Virus record (IMG/VR): IMGVR_UViG_3300044557_000151
Location: 1 to 59,722 of that record
DNA length: 59,722 nucleotides
Origin: a virus
Taxonomy: Duplodnaviria > Heunggongvirae > Uroviricota > Caudoviricetes
Strand: one strand, 5' to 3'
The translations under genes were made by a program, and so were the position numbers. Below, piece by piece: positions 49,568 to 57,732 of this stretch; positions within the stretch are counted from its first letter, which is position 1, and every line of letters begins with the position of its first letter. The notes beneath the pieces are model-generated. The model made no database searches and had not been told where the DNA came from. It was given only the letters and a program-made list of their open reading frames with translations.

Positions 49568-49673
49568 AAATCGTGTATCCCTTGCGGCTGTAAGGCTCAA
49601 CTTAATTATGTCATTTAATTTTTATCAATCCAAAAATATTTTAAAATCGTGTAACCCTTGCGGCTGTAAGGCT
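49568..49673. repeat. 30-bp direct repeat pair (period 76 bp)
   Basis: AAATCGTGTA(T/A)CCCTTGCGGCTGTAAGGCT at 49568-49597 and 49644-49673, one mismatch. Confidence 0.9.
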
Positions 49674-49720
49674 TAGACCACTTCAAACAACTTAAATCAA
49701 AATTAAATCAAAAATAGGTG

Positions 49721-49748
49721 TTGCAATCCAATTTCAGCATGTTATGAT
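49721..49748 (+). promoter_or_regulatory. Early sigma-A promoter P1
   Basis: TTGCAA-16 nt-TATGAT with TG extension and an upstream A-tract (UP-like). Confidence 0.6.
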
Positions 49749-49844
49749 TGTCTACGTTGAAAGGGAACGACAGCAAGGGCGCAAGCCTAAGCGGTCACGC
49801 CTTACAACCGCATCACTCAAAGGGTGAGCGTAGTTGAAAGAGTT

Positions 49845-49973
49845 TCAAATTAAGGTGTTGACAACTGATAGCAACACTGGTAAGGTTGTCACATACCAAC
49901 GCAACACGGTTTCAAAATTAAATCAAATTAAGGTGTTGACAACTGATAGCAACACTGGTAAGGTTGTCACATA
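49845..49973 (+). repeat. Two identical 51-bp promoter units (early P2 and P3)
   Basis: 49845-49895 equals 49923-49973. Each contains TTGACA-17 nt-TAAGGT with TG extension. Confidence 0.85.
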
Positions 49974-50618
49974 AGCAATAAGGGAAGCGGGTTTAAATGG
50001 TAAGCTTCCCGGCGTAAGGGCACACTAAAACGGCGCTAGATTCTACCATACAACGTAATGCCACATGTAAGGCTTACAATGTTGTCGTCGCATGGTGTTA
50101 TAGGTTTTGTTTAAACCGCTTTTCGTTCCTTGAAAATTGAATAAGCATATATGTCAGTAGCTATAAAGGTTGGCCTAACTTGAAACAGCGTTGTGATAAC
50201 GGGGTATAGTCAACATGACTGTGGTGTGAGGGCAGCGGTGTATTATGCGCATCCGAGCATTCAGAAAACACTGAGTGATACTAGATTCAACGGTGGCACA
50301 ACCGTGCCTTGCGTAGCCTTAACATGGGCTAGTGCGGGTGTTAGTTTACTTGATATTGCGGCATGACAACGGCCTGATTCTAGGCGTGACACGTTGTTGT
50401 GAGTATAGGGTTTCACCGTGTGAAATGACGCAAGTAGGGAAGCGCGGGCTTTCGGAACGGCTGTAAAAGGTCAATAAACCGCTATACGTAAACTAAAATC
50501 AATCTATATCGGTTGTAGCTAACCGGTATTTTATAGGGTATCAAATTGACGCCTTATAATATGCCATTAGCTAAACAAACACTATCTAGCGGATAGTGTT
50601 TGACAATGGGGGGAAATT

Positions 50619-50762
50619 ATGAAAGACTTGTTTTTAACAGTTTTCTTTTGGCCGTTGTTTCACCCGCTAACGGTGGGGGCTTTAGTATTAACCGCCCTTG
50701 CTACCGCGACGTGGTGTGAGTCTGATTCATGGCACGACTTTGTTTCTGGATTTTTCAAATAA
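50619..50762 (+). CDS. Small membrane protein (47 aa), not in the ORF track
   Basis: ATG after GGGGGG. Translation is MKDLFLTVFFWPLFHPLTVGALVLTALATATWCESDSWHDFVSGFFK. Confidence 0.55.
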   Translation: MKDLFLTVFFWPLFHPLTVGALVLTALATATWCESDSWHDFVSGFFK

Positions 50763-50780
50763 CGAAAAGGGGTTTATATC

Positions 50781-51125
50781 ATGAAAAAATCAATTTTTGC
50801 CATTGCTATCATTGCTTCTACTTTGTTCGCTGGTCACACCACGGTTTCGGCTGCTACCGCCGTCGCTGGTGATGCTTCTACTTACTTGCCGGCCTATGGT
50901 ATTACAACTAGCCCGCTTGTCACTATTCAAGGTTATACGGGCGAAAGTATGCCACTTGTCAATGCGGCGGGCGATTATGTTGGTGATATTGACGCCGGTG
51001 TTACTATCCAAACACACGGCGAATGGGTTATCAATGGCAATGCCTATTACGCAATTGGTGACGGGTATTTTGTGCCCCGCGCTGTTACCAACTTTGGGCA
51101 TGGCGAATACGCTGTTAAATTCTAG
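50781..51125 (+). CDS. Secreted protein with SLAP-like C-terminal domain
   Basis: Signal peptide MKKSIFAIAIIASTLFAGHTTVSAA. The C-terminus TIQTHGEWVINGNAYYAIGDGYFVP resembles the lactobacillus SLAP repeat. Confidence 0.6.
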   Translation: MKKSIFAIAIIASTLFAGHTTVSAATAVAGDASTYLPAYGITTSPLVTIQGYTGESMPLVNAAGDYVGDIDAGVTIQTHGEWVINGNAYYAIGDGYFVPRAVTNFGHGEYAVKF

Positions 51126-51148
51126 GGATCAGAAAAGGGGAAAATATC

Positions 51149-51373
51149 ATGACACACAACTATCGGATTATGTACCACAGATATTACGACGAACGCGGCG
51201 AAAACCGTGTTTTAAAAGACATGGTGGCCTATACGCTTTTCGATGCTATCGACGAATGGAAAACGACGTCAAGTGATTTTCTGATGGCTGACAAAATCTG
51301 GCTTGAGGTTCAACATGCCGACGACTTGAGTTGTGGCGAATGGCAAACGCTAGACATGCGATACGACGGCTAA
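51149..51373 (+). CDS. Hypothetical early protein
   Basis: 74 aa, SD GGGG. Confidence 0.65.
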   Translation: MTHNYRIMYHRYYDERGENRVLKDMVAYTLFDAIDEWKTTSSDFLMADKIWLEVQHADDLSCGEWQTLDMRYDG

Positions 51374-51398
51374 AGAATTTTTACTAGGGGGTAGCACT

Positions 51399-51713
51399 AT
51401 GCTTAAAATCAAGAAATTTTCCGCACTTGACTATTTTGATGCTGACGACTTGACAACTGACGTAAGTACCGCCATTGCCATCTTTCCTGACGGTTCAATG
51501 GTTAATGGGTGTTTTTGTTGTGGTATACGTGGCAATGACCACAACTTGGTTATTGGGTGTCTAGATTGCGATTGGCAACAAGCGCATGACGTGTACGGTG
51601 TTGTTCGCCTTGTACCGGAAACCGGTGTCGCTTTAATTGACACTAAACAAACACTATCGTGTCAACAAGAACTTTTGGTTAAGCGCGGCGGCTATTCAGT
51701 TGAGCGTTACTAG
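51399..51713 (+). CDS. Hypothetical early protein (Cys-rich)
   Basis: 104 aa, SD GGGGGT, contains FPDG...GCFCCGIRGNDH. Confidence 0.7.
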   Translation: MLKIKKFSALDYFDADDLTTDVSTAIAIFPDGSMVNGCFCCGIRGNDHNLVIGCLDCDWQQAHDVYGVVRLVPETGVALIDTKQTLSCQQELLVKRGGYSVERY

Positions 51714-51722
51714 TGAGTTATT

Positions 51723-51779
51723 GACGGGCTATGGCGTGTGTCGCATTGCGACATAGGGTGTTCGATTCACCCGCCCGCC
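51723..51779 (+). ncRNA. Miniature tRNA-like element 1
   Basis: Acceptor-like GACGGGC/GCCCGCC, T-arm GGGTG-TTCGATT-CACCC, middle hairpin TGTGTCGC-ATT-GCGACATA. There is no D-arm and no CCA. Confidence 0.6.
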
Positions 51780-51832
51780 TTATTGAGCGCCACTATTAGG
51801 CGTATCAAGAAATTTTAAGGAGGTCTTTCAAA

Positions 51833-52303
51833 ATGAAAGAACAAAACATGACTTTAGATGAAAAACTGGCATACGTGGCAAACTATCCCGTTCAGTCAAA
51901 ACTATGGGACTATGCCACGGCTGACTTTTCAAAAGTTGAAGAAACTTTTCTGGGTTCTGCTATGGATGGGGTGGACTTGTTTGTAGAGACCGGCGTATCG
52001 CTTGACGCGCAAGGTGTTACCACCATGTATGGGCACGACAAACTTATTAAAAACGCCTTGTATGTATGCGATACGCAAGCGTATATCGACAAGAAGAACG
52101 TGTTAGGCATGACGTACAGTGAATTAACCAATGATGCCGTTATTGCAGGGCCTTTTTCGTCAATTGAAGAAATTTTAACAGACCTTGCTTGCCGTTATCA
52201 AGAAAGCGAGGGTGACGACTTATGGGGCGGTGACGACTGGCGTCATGACTTATCTATGAAACAATACGACGCTGATTTTCCAGAAACGGTAGCGGCCGAC
52301 TAG
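51833..52303 (+). CDS. Hypothetical acidic early protein
   Basis: 156 aa, SD AAGGAGGT. Confidence 0.75.
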   Translation: MKEQNMTLDEKLAYVANYPVQSKLWDYATADFSKVEETFLGSAMDGVDLFVETGVSLDAQGVTTMYGHDKLIKNALYVCDTQAYIDKKNVLGMTYSELTNDAVIAGPFSSIEEILTDLACRYQESEGDDLWGGDDWRHDLSMKQYDADFPETVAAD

Positions 52304-52391
52304 TTTTTACATTAGGCACACGATGAATTTTTCCATGGCGTGCCTTGTTGTGATAAATAGTCACGAAAACAAAGAAAATGGGGGCTTCATT

Positions 52392-52544
52392 ATGGATAAC
52401 GTAGTATACGAAAACATTGCAATCGACGGGGCGAAAGTACCGTTTAACAAGATAACGTCATGGCTTGCGCCGTATATCGAGCGTGGGGAATACGTGGTAT
52501 CTGGCGGGTTTGTGAAGTATCTTAATGCGCAAGGTGTCGAATAA
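52392..52544 (+). CDS. Hypothetical early protein (50 aa)
   Basis: ATG 52392 after GGGGG; the track start at 52323 has no SD. Confidence 0.5.
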   Translation: MDNVVYENIAIDGAKVPFNKITSWLAPYIERGEYVVSGGFVKYLNAQGVE

Positions 52545-52668
52545 ACAATCGCATTGGATAAGGATTCGCAATCATGGCAATACGCGTTTATCGTTCGTGA
52601 GTTGTCATTCTATTGTCCCAAAATCGGCCGTGAGCAAGTGCCCGGTATCGACTTCTAAAGAACTTTTA

Positions 52669-52722
52669 CCCCGCAATGGGTGTCACTTGACACGATACGG
52701 CTGTTCGATTCAGTCGGCGGGG
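52669..52722 (+). ncRNA. Miniature tRNA-like element 2
   Basis: CCCCGC/GCGGGG, T-arm CGGCTG-TTCGATT-CAGTCG, middle hairpin GTGTCA-CT-TGACAC. Confidence 0.6.
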
Positions 52723-52767
52723 ATATGCACTATTAATAATTTAAAGAATTTTTAGGAGGTATTCATT

Positions 52768-53085
52768 ATGTTTACAGCAATTAAGCAATGCGAATTATCC
52801 ATGACGGCAATTAACCGTGTCGTGCGTGGCGTCAATGCCAACGTAGAAGAACTGGACATATATTTTGATCGTAGCGGGCGTATTGTCGGAACAATCGGCT
52901 TTGGTAACTGGTACGAAAAGGGAGGCAAAACGTGGTACCCAGAAGGCGCTGTACTAGTGGCACGCGGAAGAAAATTTTCACCCATTGGCAAAGTTGACTT
53001 TGAGGAAGCAAGTGACGGTATCGACTACGCGATGGAACAACTAGAGTTTGCACAAAAGTACAGCGATTATGATTTTGAATATTAG
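52768..53085 (+). CDS. Hypothetical early protein
   Basis: 105 aa, SD AGGAGGT. Confidence 0.75.
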   Translation: MFTAIKQCELSMTAINRVVRGVNANVEELDIYFDRSGRIVGTIGFGNWYEKGGKTWYPEGAVLVARGRKFSPIGKVDFEEASDGIDYAMEQLEFAQKYSDYDFEY

Positions 53086-53116
53086 TGTAGGGAAGAATTT
53101 TTAGGAGGTTATTATC

Positions 53117-53389
53117 ATGAATAAACGTGAATTTAATAAGGCTTTAGCATTGGAATTGTCATTCTTGAAAGTACCACGCAATGCAATTTATGTACAGAAT
53201 GCCGGCAAGTTAGAAGGTGTTTCGGTACGCAAAGAAAATTTAGTCAACGCGTCAATTAATCGCAACGTTGTGACAATCGAGTGGACTACTCCGCAAGGTG
53301 TAAAGCGCGATGTTATCGACTGGAATAAGGCGTTCACACCGAACATGATCGCACTAACGGCGGATAAGTTTGTTGAAGTGTTGCGTTAA
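53117..53389 (+). CDS. Hypothetical basic early protein
   Basis: 90 aa, SD AGGAGGT. Confidence 0.75.
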   Translation: MNKREFNKALALELSFLKVPRNAIYVQNAGKLEGVSVRKENLVNASINRNVVTIEWTTPQGVKRDVIDWNKAFTPNMIALTADKFVEVLR

Positions 53390-53398
53390 AGAAAGTTT

Positions 53399-53453
53399 TG
53401 CCACGCTGGACACGTCATATCATGGCGGCCGCTGTTCGAGCCAACGGGTGGCA
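53399..53453 (+). ncRNA. Miniature tRNA-like element 3
   Basis: TGCCAC/GTGGCA, T-arm CCGCTG-TTCGAGC-CAACGG (one mismatch), middle hairpin GTCAT-ATC-ATGGC. Confidence 0.55.
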
Positions 53454-53497
53454 GTTAGCACTAGTAATAATATAAAGAAAATTTGGAGGTATACGCA

Positions 53498-53749
53498 ATG
53501 GCGACACAATCAATTCAGTTATACAACGCACAAGGTCAAGAAATTTTAGGTGGTACTGATACCATGGTATTCACGTCACGATATACGCCTTATGTTAGCG
53601 TGGCGGCGTTCCTGAAAGGTGGCTGGATCGAACGGGCTGTTAGTGTAGCGCGTAATATCAAACACCAACAACCGGTTCGGGTGAAAGTTATCACTAGTCC
53701 AGATTATGATACCGCGCATGATTCAGTATTCTATGAAGCCACAATCTAA
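53498..53749 (+). CDS. Hypothetical early protein
   Basis: ATG 53498 after SD GGAGGT, 83 aa. Confidence 0.7.
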   Translation: MATQSIQLYNAQGQEILGGTDTMVFTSRYTPYVSVAAFLKGGWIERAVSVARNIKHQQPVRVKVITSPDYDTAHDSVFYEATI

Positions 53750-53772
53750 AGAAATTTTGGAGGTATTACATT

Positions 53773-54213
53773 ATGAAAGCACATTTGGACATTGAATTTG
53801 GCAAGGACACTTACGAATCCGGCTGGCAAGATATTTTATGGACTGATTACGATACACCTATCACTGGTGAGTATTACGACAACCCCGTTATCGAAGCGTT
53901 AGCAAGTATTGTGGACTTTCCGTTCATCTCACACTATTACGATCATGACGCCGCCCGTGAGCAGGCCGCAAAAGAATTTTTTGATCGTGTTCTGGAAAAT
54001 TGTGTACTTGATGAAGATGGAGACAACGACCCGTACGTTGATGCAACAGTGTACGTCAACAAGAAGCAAGATGATTATACCGGACAATTCAAGTATCGCA
54101 AGCAAGGCACGACACGTGCCGTGCCGAGCTATTACGTCAATGTTAAAATTCGCTTCACTGTTGAACAAGATGTTACTAGCAACATTGTAAAGAACTTTTT
54201 GCCCGTCGCATAG
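53773..54213 (+). CDS. Hypothetical acidic early protein
   Basis: 146 aa, SD GGAGGT. Confidence 0.75.
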   Translation: MKAHLDIEFGKDTYESGWQDILWTDYDTPITGEYYDNPVIEALASIVDFPFISHYYDHDAAREQAAKEFFDRVLENCVLDEDGDNDPYVDATVYVNKKQDDYTGQFKYRKQGTTRAVPSYYVNVKIRFTVEQDVTSNIVKNFLPVA

Positions 54214-54319
54214 TCGCTAAAATAAATATTTTATCTTTAGTAGCAGTATCTGGCGATTAAGAAATTAACCGCTGGACTAGTACCACTAATTAAACAAACA
54301 CTATATGGAGGTTATTATC

Positions 54320-54778
54320 ATGCAAGAACGTACAAAATTGGAACATCTTGACCACACTTTGGGTTATTACAAGTACTCAAATGACGCAAAGGCGGTCAAG
54401 ATTGCGGAGGCCGGGCTTGAGGCCGTCAAGCTGATGCAATTAAAGTTAAAACGGCAAGAAATTTTAACCGAACATGTAGCAGGAACTTCACCTGACGCAT
54501 GGCCGTTAAATATCTACAATCGCGAACTGGAAACACAAGAGTTTGACGTTGAAGATAACGATAACCAATATCATTGCGTGCGCAAAATTTACACGTATTA
54601 CAAAGAAGAAAACGTTGTGGGGTCTAACGGTGAATGGACAAAACGCAATGGCGAGATCGTGGCGCAAGTTGCAGAACAAAATTGGTTCGCAGGTTATGGT
54701 GTGCAAGTTGAGGGTAAAGGTTACGTGTTCTTATGGAATGAAAACAAACGCGAAGACAATAAGGTAGTTGATGATTAG
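54320..54778 (+). CDS. Hypothetical early protein
   Basis: ATG 54320 after SD GGAGGT, 152 aa. Confidence 0.72.
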   Translation: MQERTKLEHLDHTLGYYKYSNDAKAVKIAEAGLEAVKLMQLKLKRQEILTEHVAGTSPDAWPLNIYNRELETQEFDVEDNDNQYHCVRKIYTYYKEENVVGSNGEWTKRNGEIVAQVAEQNWFAGYGVQVEGKGYVFLWNENKREDNKVVDD

Positions 54779-54864
54779 ATGCTGTTACTATCTGGCGGGC
54801 AAAGAATTTTTTGACCGCTGGTCGTGAGTACCTAATACATATCAATAAATGGAGGTTGTGAACT

Positions 54865-55101
54865 ATGCAAGAAATTATCAAAGAACTACACAACGGCGGT
54901 CGGCTTTGGGTTTTGTATCCAGAAGGCGAGTTTGGCTTTGCCGATGAAAAGAATGGCATGGCCGGATTATTTGATCGCTGGGGCAAAGCGTTGCATGAAG
55001 TGCGAACAAGTACAGTTACCAAGTTAATCGAGCAAGGGTATATCGAACGGCCTAGTTACCAATGCCAACGCGACTATGAAGCAAAGAATTTGTTGAAGTA
55101 A
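54865..55101 (+). CDS. Hypothetical early protein
   Basis: 78 aa, SD GGAGGT. Confidence 0.7.
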   Translation: MQEIIKELHNGGRLWVLYPEGEFGFADEKNGMAGLFDRWGKALHEVRTSTVTKLIEQGYIERPSYQCQRDYEAKNLLK

Positions 55102-55153
55102 AAATGACTGTTTTATGTAGCAAACAAATAAAGAAATTTTGGAGGAAACAAAC

Positions 55154-55756
55154 ATGACACCACAAAAATTAATGGAAGCATTCATCAATGACACAAAGAA
55201 GACACACACTTACGACGTTCACCCAACGGGTTTAATTTGTGGCAAGAATACAATTGGGGGCGGGGCGCATGGGCTTGTCGCCTTGTATGGAGATCAAAGC
55301 GGAGAAACATTCACCGGCGAACGTAACGCCTATCAGAAGCTGTTTGAGCAAGAAGATGCCTTGACGACGCCAATGGTCAAGATTGAGTATTCAGAATGTA
55401 AAGAAATTATTGCCGTTATCAAAGACTGGTCGAAAAATTGGAAGTCGCTTGGGCTGGAAAATGCCCGGAAGTTTCCGGTTCGGCTAGAAAATATTGATGG
55501 CAAACTATCCGTTAACCCACAACGGGTAATAGATAACGACGAGATGAAACACTTCGAGGCGCAGACCGTAGATAATGACGTAAGTATCTATTTTCGGGCA
55601 GATTTATTGAAAAAGACGCTTGAAACAGTAAAGCGCGGTAGCTCAATCACGATGAACGTTGACAATAATTGCAACGTCAAACGCCCGCTACTACGCCCCG
55701 CAGTATTTAAGTCTGACAACTGGGCGGCCTTGATCGCGCCATTGCGAGTTTGGTAA
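55154..55756 (+). CDS. Protein with DNA sliding clamp (DnaN) C-terminal-like region
   Basis: ATG 55154 (SD GGAGG). The C-terminus SIYFRADLLKKTLE...ITMNV...RPAVFKSDNWAALIAPLRV resembles the last domain of the beta clamp. Confidence 0.45.
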   Translation: MTPQKLMEAFINDTKKTHTYDVHPTGLICGKNTIGGGAHGLVALYGDQSGETFTGERNAYQKLFEQEDALTTPMVKIEYSECKEIIAVIKDWSKNWKSLGLENARKFPVRLENIDGKLSVNPQRVIDNDEMKHFEAQTVDNDVSIYFRADLLKKTLETVKRGSSITMNVDNNCNVKRPLLRPAVFKSDNWAALIAPLRVW

Positions 55757-55846
55757 CAAAGAAATTTTTGATATACGGGTGTGGCCACCATTAATGGTGG
55801 CTAGTCTTGTGTACCAAAACTAATAAATTTTTGAGGAGAAAACATT

Positions 55847-56275
55847 ATGACATTTACAATTAGAGATAGTTTTACTACAACTATGAATGATGCTGGGCAA
55901 TTGGTCGTAACAATGGACGAGATCGGAATTACGCGTGATGCGGCGATTGCCATTGACGAAAGTTTCCAGTCTTGGGTGGAGCAAGAAGTTTTCCCGCTTA
56001 TCCCCGGCGATGATGAACAAGTGATTTTAGATGACGTGTTAGAAGATTCAACCTATACAAAGGTCGATCAATGGAATGATGAAGACCCAAGCGAAGACAA
56101 TCTGTTATGGCAGAACACTGTTCGTGACAACCCGAAAATGCTGGTCGATGCAATCTGTGTAACGGCTGAAAAATGGTACAACTTACCGGACGATGTGCAA
56201 GTATATGCGTTACCACGAGAATTTTTCTGGGATTGCTGGAATGCTGAAATGGAAGCAAGCCTTATCGAAGATTAG
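55847..56275 (+). CDS. Hypothetical highly acidic early protein
   Basis: 142 aa, SD GAGGAG, rich in Asp/Glu and Trp. Confidence 0.75.
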   Translation: MTFTIRDSFTTTMNDAGQLVVTMDEIGITRDAAIAIDESFQSWVEQEVFPLIPGDDEQVILDDVLEDSTYTKVDQWNDEDPSEDNLLWQNTVRDNPKMLVDAICVTAEKWYNLPDDVQVYALPREFFWDCWNAEMEASLIED

Positions 56276-56362
56276 TTAGTTGCGGTTGTGGTCGCGAGTT
56301 TAAAGAAATTCACGGCCATTCTGGAGCCAATTAAAAATATTTGAAATATGGAGGTAATTAAC

Positions 56363-56719
56363 ATGACCGAATTTATTACAGTATCGAAGCGTGAGGAATT
56401 TTTGGAAGGTTTACGGAGGGCCGCAAGGATTGTTGAAATTGAAACAAGTAAGCCAGCAGATCAATGGGAAGTTGATGACAGTAACATGCTAACCGCAGTT
56501 GAATTTTACGATGGATATAGCGCAGTACAATTTCGCATGTGGCCAGCAACAGTGGCAACTGAAGCAAAAATCCAGATTATCGGTGAATATGATGGTGGCG
56601 ACGACGAGCGAGGTTCTATCTGGTTAGATATGAACGGTTCAACGAGCGAAAAACTAGAGCTCGCGGCGCTCAAGTATGTGTTGCTTAATAAAGAATATTT
56701 AATTGGCGATGAAGCATAG
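56363..56719 (+). CDS. Hypothetical acidic early protein
   Basis: ATG 56363 after SD GGAGGT, 118 aa. Confidence 0.72.
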   Translation: MTEFITVSKREEFLEGLRRAARIVEIETSKPADQWEVDDSNMLTAVEFYDGYSAVQFRMWPATVATEAKIQIIGEYDGGDDERGSIWLDMNGSTSEKLELAALKYVLLNKEYLIGDEA

Positions 56720-56764
56720 ATAAAACACGTCTTTTAGAAAGTCAATCAAAAGGAGAAATTAATC

Positions 56765-56980
56765 ATGAAAAATCAAATTATCGTTACAAATGCAATGGGC
56801 GAACGCGAAGAAACTTTAGGCACATTTGATACACCGCAGCAGGCATGGGACACGGCGCAAGAAGATTGGAATAAGCGCGGTCTAGATATTTCGTACTGGA
56901 GCTATTATTTCTACAACGCCCGGACGAAAGAAGAAATTGATATGGTGTCGCTGATTGATGAAGGCGTTGTTGCCGCATAA
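56765..56980 (+). CDS. Hypothetical early protein
   Basis: 71 aa, SD AAGGAG. Confidence 0.72.
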   Translation: MKNQIIVTNAMGEREETLGTFDTPQQAWDTAQEDWNKRGLDISYWSYYFYNARTKEEIDMVSLIDEGVVAA

Positions 56981-56994
56981 AGGAGAAATTAATC

Positions 56995-57225
56995 ATGAAA
57001 ACATTCAAATTTGCTGGTGTCACTGATATGGAAAATGCTTGGCTGAACGTAACTATCAAGTCGGTTGCAAAAATTTACGTTCGAGGTCTAATTACGATGA
57101 GTGAAGCGCGCTACGAGATCACACGCAGGATTCAAGAACGGTTTGGTTGGTCCGAAATCACCTTTAATACAGTTACTAATATCACTGATAACGACATTAA
57201 GATGGTAGGACAACGGGTAGCTTAG
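56995..57225 (+). CDS. Hypothetical early protein
   Basis: 76 aa. It shares a 23-bp leader (AAAGGAGAAATTAATCATGAAAA) with the preceding gene. Confidence 0.72.
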   Translation: MKTFKFAGVTDMENAWLNVTIKSVAKIYVRGLITMSEARYEITRRIQERFGWSEITFNTVTNITDNDIKMVGQRVA

Positions 57226-57308
57226 TAGTTGGCTGATTCTGGTAGGCAAGAAATTGTCTGCTAGACTTGAACCAACTATTATGAGAACACAAAACGGAGG
57301 AAATTATC

Positions 57309-57653
57309 ATGAGTGAACAACAATATATTATGGACTATCGTGCAATCTGGGAAGCGCGCGACTTACAACGTTGGTTTGATAGTGTCACAGATGCTGGCAT
57401 GAATGTGTATGTACGTGCTCAACAATTCCATAAGCCAGAAGGATATGGCGCTGGAGAATTTATTCAATACAGACTTGAATTTACATTCGGTGAGGAAAAT
57501 TTTGACGATCTGGAAGAAGATAATTTCGACTTCTGGTTTAGTCATGAAGATACTGGATCAGACTTCTGGCGCTTCCTTGCGGTTGCTGAAGATCAGGGTG
57601 AGAAAAACGACTTAGTGAAGTACGATGACCAACTGTTATTAGATTTTGATTAG
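57309..57653 (+). CDS. Hypothetical highly acidic early protein
   Basis: 114 aa, SD GGAGG, contains EENFDDLEEDNFDFWFSHEDTGSDFW. Confidence 0.75.
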   Translation: MSEQQYIMDYRAIWEARDLQRWFDSVTDAGMNVYVRAQQFHKPEGYGAGEFIQYRLEFTFGEENFDDLEEDNFDFWFSHEDTGSDFWRFLAVAEDQGEKNDLVKYDDQLLLDFD

Positions 57654-57732
57654 TTAGCTGATTCTGATCGGTAAGAAATTATCGGTCGGGCTTGAGCCAA
57701 CTAATAGCAGTCAAAAATAGGAGGAAATTATC

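Noticed and set aside
49845-49973. Possible CRISPR array (also 49568-49673)
   Set aside because: Each repeat has only two copies, the units contain promoter or core-site features, and no cas genes are present.
51723-53453. Canonical tRNA genes
   Set aside because: The elements are too short, lack a D-arm, a 7-nt anticodon loop and CCA. They are reported as tRNA-like elements instead.
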